A stretch of 32,000 bases of DNA, from positions 630,001-662,000 of the forward strand of contig NZ_CP019384.1 of NCBI RefSeq assembly GCF_004102945.1, written 5' to 3'. The position numbers and the translations under genes are program-made. The notes beneath the pieces were generated by a model, which searched no databases, was not told where the DNA came from, and was given only the letters and a program-made list of their open reading frames with translations. Shown here in pieces: positions 25,811-32,000 of the stretch. The stretch's first letter is position 1, and every line of letters begins with the position of its first letter. This stretch comes from Candidatus Velamenicoccus archaeovorus (lineage in GTDB: Bacteria; Omnitrophota; Gorgyraeia; Velamenicoccales; Velamenicoccaceae).

Positions 25811-28800
25811 ATGCGAAAAACATACCTTATAACCATAACGCTTTTGGCGGTGCTCGTCTTCGCAGCAAGCCCTGCTCAAGCGCAGTATAAGGGCGGCCGC
25901 GGGGACGGCGATAATTGTTCCGACGGGCTGGGATTTACTCTTTTCGCCGGCGGCTCCGGCGACGGCTGGGACTATCGCGCCATGTCGAGTACCGTTGTTT
26001 TGGCCAATGTGGGCTTTTTAAGGGGAACAGGCGTTGCCTTTATACGCGCGGGGGCGACCATCTCCTCGATCTCGCGGACAAATAACGTCGTTGAAGTCAT
26101 TCTAAGCGCTGCTTATCCGAATAATAACCTTAAGGTGGGCCAGAAGATCGTCATTGATCTTGGGACGGGCGGTACGGCTTCTTTTAACGGCGTTTTCCAG
26201 ATATCCCAGGTCACGAATCAGCAGATTTTCCGTTACGGACAATTCGGCAGCGATGCGACGGGCGTATTGGGGACCAGTCCGGTGGCCGGAGGCGACTACA
26301 CGACGCTGACGACCTGGCAGGCGGCTTTGCTGACCGACCTGACATTCGGCGGCGAACCCGCGATAGCCGAGTGTTACAACGACTGGCCCACCGGCCTCTC
26401 CGAAAATGTCGATTTGACCAACGTTTCCAATGAAAGTTACTATTTGAAGATTACCGTTCCTTCGACGGACCGCAACACCGGCACGACGGGGACGGGCTTC
26501 AGGATCTCTCCGTCGAGCGGAAACGCCATCGCAGCGTCAGGCGGCTATGTCTATCTGGATAGCATAGAGGCGACCCGGCCTGTTTCTCTTACGGCCGGGA
26601 CGCTCGTGACCGGCGCAGGTTCCCTCTATACAGGAGGGTTGACGGTAGGTGAAGGCACCACCTTGAAGTTGGAAGGCAAAAGTTTTTCGGGCATAGGGAC
26701 GGTAACGCTGCCGAGCGTGTCTACGATTGTGTATACGGGGCCCAGGTCTGATGAGACTGCAGGGGCTGTGACGCTTCTGAATCAGGCACACCACCATGTG
26801 ACATTTTCTCCGGGAACGGCCACAACGTTCAATCTGCCGTCAAATAACTTCGACGTCAACGGCAATCTGACGATCGGCGCATCCGCCACACTTGACGCGA
26901 CATCCAATAATTACAATATGAACGTCGCCGGCAATTGGACGGATTCAGGAAGCTTCACGGCCCGGGCGGGCACGGTGACGCTGGACGGCACAGGCCAGAC
27001 CATTTCGGGAAATAACTCATTTTACAATCTGACCAAGACCGTATCTTCGGCCGACACGTTGACTTTTGCCGCGGCATCTAGCCAGACGATCGCCAGCGGC
27101 GGCACGTTGACTCTCGGCGGAGCTTCGGGACAGCTCTTGAGTCTTCGTTCCGGCACAACGGACACGCAGTGGGGCGTGGCCGTCGGGGGGAGCACGGCCG
27201 TCAATTACGTCGATGTCAAGGACTCGGATGCCTCGGGAGGCAACACGATCACAGCCAATAATTCCGTTTCATCCGGCAATAATATCAATTGGGCTATCCC
27301 GGGAGGGACTTTGACCGGGACGAATGTCGAACCTGCGGGTTTGGTGGCCGGCATTACCGGGACTGTAACGGTAAGCTTTACCACCGCAAACCCTCTTTCT
27401 TCGGATGGTAAAATCAAGGTCACCTTTCCCGCAGGTTTTTCTTTCAGCTCCGGCGGCGCCACCGTTGTTTCTTCATCCTCTGGGATCGACGGTTCTTTTT
27501 CCGTCGGCGTCGCCGGACAAGCGATAACCGTGACGAGAAGCGGCGGTTCCTCATCGGTGCCGGGCGCCAAATCCATCACGTTGACGAATATAAAGAATCC
27601 CGATAACACGGGTTCTACGGGGACATACGCCATTGAAACCCAGAATGCGAGCGGTGTTGTTTTCGATTCGGACAACTCCGTTTCAGCAGATACCATCACC
27701 AACGGCGGTACCTTGACCTCGACCAATGTCGAGCCCGCCTCGCTCTATGCAGGCGCCTCCGGCAACGTCACGGTGAGCTTCACGACCGTCAATCCCATTC
27801 CTGCCGACGGCAAGATCGAAGTGACCTTCCCGTCGGGATTCGTGATCAGTAACGGCGGCACGACCGCCGCCACAAGCGGCAGCATGGACGGCTCGTTTGC
27901 CGTCAGCATCAACGGCCAGGTGGTGACGGTGACGCGCTCCGGCGGCACCCAGCAGGCCGCGGCCGCCGAATCCCTGACCTTAACGTATATCCGCGTGCCC
28001 ACGACCGCAGGTTCCACCGGCACCTATCAGATCAAGACAGCGTCTGCTAGCGGTTCATCCACCGGCCGCATCGACCAGGATACGGCTGTGGCGGCCGATA
28101 CGGTCCTGCGCCCGTCCTTGTCGTCCTGGGACTTAGACATGAACGCAGGCACGATGACCTTACACTTTGACACGACCGTTTCAGCCGCGAGCCTGAACGT
28201 GACACAGCTCACGCTCCAGGACGCGGCGACCGCGACCGCGATATATTCTCTGACCGACTCGACGACCGCGTCGCCCAACGGCGCCGACATTGTCATTACC
28301 TTATCGACGACGGACTTAAACGCCATCAAGTTCATCTCAGGGTTAGGCAAGTCTGCTGCCAACAGCTACCTGCGCCTGACCTCATCGGCCATTGCAGACC
28401 CTTACGCCAACACCGTCACGCCAATAGCTGATGGAGCGGCCCGCCAGGTCACAAGCTACACCGCCGATACGACCGCGCCCACGTTGAGTAGCTGGGTGCT
28501 GAACTTGAACACCCACCAGTTGACGCTCAACTTCAGCGAAGTGGTCAAGGCCTCCAGCTTCACGGCCTCGGCCTTCACGCTGCAGAACACAGCCAGTTCT
28601 CCAACTGTGACATATGCGCTGACCGATTCTGCGACTGCAAGCTCCAACGGCACCTCGATCGTCGTGACCTTCTCGACGACGGACTTTAATACCCTGACCG
28701 ACACGGCCGGCATCTGCCGCCAGACCGATAAATCCGACAGCTATCTGACCATGACCTCCTCGGGCATCACCGATATGGCGGCCACACCCAACTCTGTGAC

Positions 28801-31800
28801 GGCTGTTTCGACCGGCATGCAGACGACGACGTATACGGCCAATACGGTCACCGCGACCAAGTTCCACGTCACGACTTCCGCCGGTTCGAGTTCGACGACT
28901 GTCACCGCCGGCGGCACCAAAGACATTATTCTCAAGGCCTATGACAGCTCCGGCTATCGCACCCCGGCCTACACGGGTTCCAAGAGCGTCACGTTCGCCG
29001 GCTCCGATGTCTCACCTGACGGCAATGCGCCGACCGCCCGCGACGCCTCCAGCAGCGACATCGCCTTCGGCACGGCCACAAGCCTGACCTTCACGCGCGG
29101 CGAGGCCTCAAGCACCCTGATCCTTTATTGCAAGGCCTTGTCCGGCTCGGAGGCCATGATCGCCGCGACCGAAGGCTCGGTCATCACGGATGATTTCAAA
29201 CTCACTACAATAATCAACCCGGCAAGCTCATCCAAACTGGTTTTTTCACAACAACCTTCCAGTACCGCCATTATCAATGCCGCATTGACGCAACAGCCTA
29301 TCGTGTCCATCCGGGACACATACGGCAACCAGACGGCCGATACATATACCATCACCCTGTATGCCTCGACGAGTAATACGAGCTTCCTTCCGGCAAGCGG
29401 GACGCTCTCTTCAGATCAGACAGGTAACGCGATTGCCGCCGTCAACGGCGCGGCCACATTCTCCGGCGTCAAGTACGACACGACAGGGACGATCTATCTC
29501 TTTGCTTCTTTTTCGTCATTGTTTACTTTTTCCAATGGCATTACTTTTTCTGCGGCACAGACTTCTGCGGTTGAAGCCTCGTCTGCGCCGGTCGCCAGCT
29601 TCAACCTCGATCCTGTCAATGACACCCTGGCCGAAAAATTCAACGTTCTCAAGTTCAAGGTGACGGATAAAGGCTCAGACCTGACTCCGACACTTATTGA
29701 TCAGGTCCAGATTGCAATCGGAGGCACGGGCGGGGCGGCCGCCTCCGACATCGCCTGGGCCGGCCTGTATAAGGCAGGGGTCACGGATCCTCTGGTCACG
29801 GCCACAGGGGCAGCCATCACCAATTCGACCATCACCTTCGGTGCGACTCCGAATGCGGACTCGTCCGCGACCATCGACATCGTGCCCGACGGCTCCTCGG
29901 TGGAATACACCGTTGCCGTCTATATGAAGAACTCTAAATTAACGGCAACAGACGGGCAAACTTATACATTTATAACCGACAACGACAAAATCGGCGTAGA
30001 TCTGGGGACTTCGTCCAGAATGAAGGCTTCGAATGACGCAGCGGTGTCCCTCGTGACGGGAACGATTGCGGTGACGGCGACATATCTGGAAATCGTCAAC
30101 CAGTCCGATGATGCGACTTCCGGCACGGCGACAGCCGGGACAGCCAAAAACCTGCGGATCAGGGCAACGGACGCCAACAGGAATATCGACAAGGATCACT
30201 CGGGTGTGTATAGCCTGGCTTTTTACGGTCTCTCGTCGGTTGCCGGCAATACCCCCAAGGTCAACACAAGCTATGAATTCGGCGTGCCGCAGAGCATCTT
30301 ATTCGCCAGCGGCGTTTCACCTGTGACGGTGACACCCTATAAGTTGGAAACAGCTGATCTTTACGTTTCTGAAACAGGCTTGAGTTATTTTCCATATACA
30401 GCGAGCGTGGCGGCGGCTTCGGCGTCTTCGGTAGAGTTGACGAGCGGCAATAGTCAGTCGGGCGTCATCAATAAGGCTCTGGCGGCTTTTGTCGTGACCG
30501 CGCGCGACGCCTATACCAATGCGGCGTCCGGCGCAAACATCGCGTTTTCCATCTCAAGTTATCCGACGGGTGGCGGCGGATGTTCGCTCTCGGCGGCCTC
30601 GGGCGTGACCAATAGCTCGGGCGAAGCCTCAACCATCCTGACTTTGGGTGCGGCCGCAGGCACCTACCAGGTGCAGGCGACCAACGCCGCGCTCTCAGGC
30701 TCGCCTGTCACGTTTACCGCGACCGCCAGCGCGCCGACGGCTCTACAGAAGGTTTCAGGCGACAGCCAGACCAAGAATGTCGGCGAGACGGCTGATCCCT
30801 TTGTCATCAAGCTTGTCAATGAATCCGGCGCGGGGATTTCCAACGAGACGGTCAACTTCACGATCCAATCCGCGCCGACAGGCGCTACAGGCCAGTCGCT
30901 CTCGGCCGCTTCGGCCGTGACCAACAGCTCCGGCCAGGCTTCTGTGACGTTGACCCTGGGCAACAAGACCGGCAACTATGTCGTGCGCGCCAGCTACCAG
31001 GTTCTGGGAGGTGCGCTTCTGACAGCCGACTTTACGGTAGCGGCGCAACCGGCTGTGCCCTATAAGGTCATTTTGACGGGTCCGACCTCGGTCAATGCGG
31101 GTGCCGCCTCAAGCGCTTTCACAATCTCGATCAAAGACCAGAACGATAACCTGAGTCCGCTTTCGACAGGCCAAAGCATCCTGTTTAATTTGACGACAAC
31201 ACCGGCCTCCACAGGGACATTCTACAGCGACGCGGCATGCACAGCAGGCAATGAGATCACGACGGCAACCGTAACAGAAGGGGCGTCAACAGCGGTCTTT
31301 TACTACAAGCACACGGTGGTGGTCTCCGGCATCCAGGCGACCGTCACGACCACGAGTACCATCTTGAACGCCAGCTACCGCACGAGCTCGGTGACCTTCT
31401 CGGTCGTGCCGGCCTCCATGCATCACTTCGTTGTCTCGGCCTCGGATACCTCAGCCATGACCGCGGGCGGTTCCCGCGCCATCACCATCACTGCCTATGA
31501 TGCCTACGACAACCCGACGCAATACACCGGCTCCCTGGATATTATTTTCTCGGGTGCGGCAGCTTCACCGTCGCCTTCGACGGCCGCGGCAACCTGTTCC
31601 AATGCCTCCGGTACAGACATTGCTTTCGGCGCGGTGACATCTTTGGCATTCACCAACAGTGTTGCGACAACCACCTTCAAGGCCTACGGTGCCCAGACCG
31701 CCGTGATCAAGGCGACCTCGGGCAGTGTCGCGACGTCGGACGAGCAGGCCCTCAATCTCGTCGTGCGCCACAACGCGGCCGACCACATGAAGTTCCATGC

Positions 31801-32000
31801 GGCGCTCCCCACCCCGGTCGTGGCCGGCATCTCGTTTAACTTCGACACGACCTTGGACGTCGTCGACGTCTACGACAATATCTGCGACGGGGCCAACGGC
31901 GCCACCGCCTACACCGCCTCCAACCGCACGATCACCTACACCTTGAGCGGCACGGCCAACGGCCCCGAGTCGGGCGTGGATGAATACACGACCCTGGTCT
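25811..32000 (+). CDS. Giant secreted repeat protein / adhesin with bacterial Ig-like (Big_1/invasin-like) domains; 3' end outside window
   Basis: My manual translation from the ATG at 25811 (frame 2) shows no stop through 32000. The ORF is absent from the track, probably because it has no stop in the window. Signal peptide MRKTYLITITLLAVLVFAASPAQA. Tandem modules of about 134 aa start near 27302 and 27704. Repeated ...SGxxQSG...V.ARDAY.N...TNSSGEAS..LT.G...G.Y.V.A modules begin around 30.4 kb. Confidence 0.85.
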   Translation, partial: MRKTYLITITLLAVLVFAASPAQAQYKGGRGDGDNCSDGLGFTLFAGGSGDGWDYRAMSSTVVLANVGFLRGTGVAFIRAGATISSISRTNNVVEVILSAAYPNNNLKVGQKIVIDLGTGGTASFNGVFQISQVTNQQIFRYGQFGSDATGVLGTSPVAGGDYTTLTTWQAALLTDLTFGGEPAIAECYNDWPTGLSENVDLTNVSNESYYLKITVPSTDRNTGTTGTGFRISPSSGNAIAASGGYVYLDSIEATRPVSLTAGTLVTGAGSLYTGGLTVGEGTTLKLEGKSFSGIGTVTLPSVSTIVYTGPRSDETAGAVTLLNQAHHHVTFSPGTATTFNLPSNNFDVNGNLTIGASATLDATSNNYNMNVAGNWTDSGSFTARAGTVTLDGTGQTISGNNSFYNLTKTVSSADTLTFAAASSQTIASGGTLTLGGASGQLLSLRSGTTDTQWGVAVGGSTAVNYVDVKDSDASGGNTITANNSVSSGNNINWAIPGGTLTGTNVEPAGLVAGITGTVTVSFTTANPLSSDGKIKVTFPAGFSFSSGGATVVSSSSGIDGSFSVGVAGQAITVTRSGGSSSVPGAKSITLTNIKNPDNTGSTGTYAIETQNASGVVFDSDNSVSADTITNGGTLTSTNVEPASLYAGASGNVTVSFTTVNPIPADGKIEVTFPSGFVISNGGTTAATSGSMDGSFAVSINGQVVTVTRSGGTQQAAAAESLTLTYIRVPTTAGSTGTYQIKTASASGSSTGRIDQDTAVAADTVLRPSLSSWDLDMNAGTMTLHFDTTVSAASLNVTQLTLQDAATATAIYSLTDSTTASPNGADIVITLSTTDLNAIKFISGLGKSAANSYLRLTSSAIADPYANTVTPIADGAARQVTSYTADTTAPTLSSWVLNLNTHQLTLNFSEVVKASSFTASAFTLQNTASSPTVTYALTDSATASSNGTSIVVTFSTTDFNTLTDTAGICRQTDKSDSYLTMTSSGITDMAATPNSVTAVSTGMQTTTYTANTVTATKFHVTTSAGSSSTTVTAGGTKDIILKAYDSSGYRTPAYTGSKSVTFAGSDVSPDGNAPTARDASSSDIAFGTATSLTFTRGEASSTLILYCKALSGSEAMIAATEGSVITDDFKLTTIINPASSSKLVFSQQPSSTAIINAALTQQPIVSIRDTYGNQTADTYTITLYASTSNTSFLPASGTLSSDQTGNAIAAVNGAATFSGVKYDTTGTIYLFASFSSLFTFSNGITFSAAQTSAVEASSAPVASFNLDPVNDTLAEKFNVLKFKVTDKGSDLTPTLIDQVQIAIGGTGGAAASDIAWAGLYKAGVTDPLVTATGAAITNSTITFGATPNADSSATIDIVPDGSSVEYTVAVYMKNSKLTATDGQTYTFITDNDKIGVDLGTSSRMKASNDAAVSLVTGTIAVTATYLEIVNQSDDATSGTATAGTAKNLRIRATDANRNIDKDHSGVYSLAFYGLSSVAGNTPKVNTSYEFGVPQSILFASGVSPVTVTPYKLETADLYVSETGLSYFPYTASVAAASASSVELTSGNSQSGVINKALAAFVVTARDAYTNAASGANIAFSISSYPTGGGGCSLSAASGVTNSSGEASTILTLGAAAGTYQVQATNAALSGSPVTFTATASAPTALQKVSGDSQTKNVGETADPFVIKLVNESGAGISNETVNFTIQSAPTGATGQSLSAASAVTNSSGQASVTLTLGNKTGNYVVRASYQVLGGALLTADFTVAAQPAVPYKVILTGPTSVNAGAASSAFTISIKDQNDNLSPLSTGQSILFNLTTTPASTGTFYSDAACTAGNEITTATVTEGASTAVFYYKHTVVVSGIQATVTTTSTILNASYRTSSVTFSVVPASMHHFVVSASDTSAMTAGGSRAITITAYDAYDNPTQYTGSLDIIFSGAAASPSPSTAAATCSNASGTDIAFGAVTSLAFTNSVATTTFKAYGAQTAVIKATSGSVATSDEQALNLVVRHNAADHMKFHAALPTPVVAGISFNFDTTLDVVDVYDNICDGANGATAYTASNRTITYTLSGTANGPESGVDEYTTLV

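Noticed and set aside
26537-31798. Numerous 60-170-aa ORFs on the minus strand and in other plus frames.
   Set aside because: All lie inside the long GC-rich frame-2 ORF that starts at 25811. Their compositions are Arg/Pro/Gly-skewed, which is typical of shadow ORFs, and none has a recognisable motif.

Overview
The window is a mosaic accessory region, AT-rich on the left and GC-rich on the right. All of it was read by eye from the sequence and the ORF track, with no searches run. From left to right:

1. **Type I R-M locus (1-4917).** hsdM (5' end cut by the window), hsdS and hsdR. hsdS is split by an (ACAG)12 tract and also carries a 12-bp x4 repeat in its central spacer.
2. **First ubiquitin-like cassette (5218-8525).** An XRE repressor and an ImmA/IrrE metallopeptidase (a CapH/CapP-like pair), then DUF2188, a multiubiquitin-type Ubl, an E2-E1 (ThiF) fusion and a DUF6527-like protein.
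3. **Structured non-coding modules (8648-8932 and 9414-9701).** Two paralogous modules of about 285 nt. Each is closed by a covarying 15-bp helix that contains the downstream Shine-Dalgarno sequence. Each also holds two hairpins with an invariant 10-nt loop.
4. **Second ubiquitin-like cassette (8936-13080).** The modules precede a SpoVG-like gene and an operon of small ORFs, a DUF6876-like protein, a Ubl, an E2-like protein, a ThiF E1 and a JAB/JAMM peptidase. This resembles PRTRC/Bil systems.
5. **Tandem-REC response regulator and a Fic protein (13339-15441).**
6. **Secreted DUF2341 protein (15970-18585).** A (CT)20 tract lies between its start codon and its signal peptide.
7. **Diversity-generating retroelement (19115-24484).** The order is target1(VR1), avd, TR, RT, target2(VR2). 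Extra four-helix-bundle genes and hairpin-rich repeats surround it.
8. **DUF4258/DUF2283 toxin-antitoxin-like pair (25172-25645, minus strand).**
9. **Giant Ig-repeat surface protein (25811-32000).** It is over 2,060 codons long and runs off the window.

The most interesting items are the structured leader modules, the two adjacent ubiquitin-like conjugation cassettes, and the simple-sequence repeats at three or four loci.
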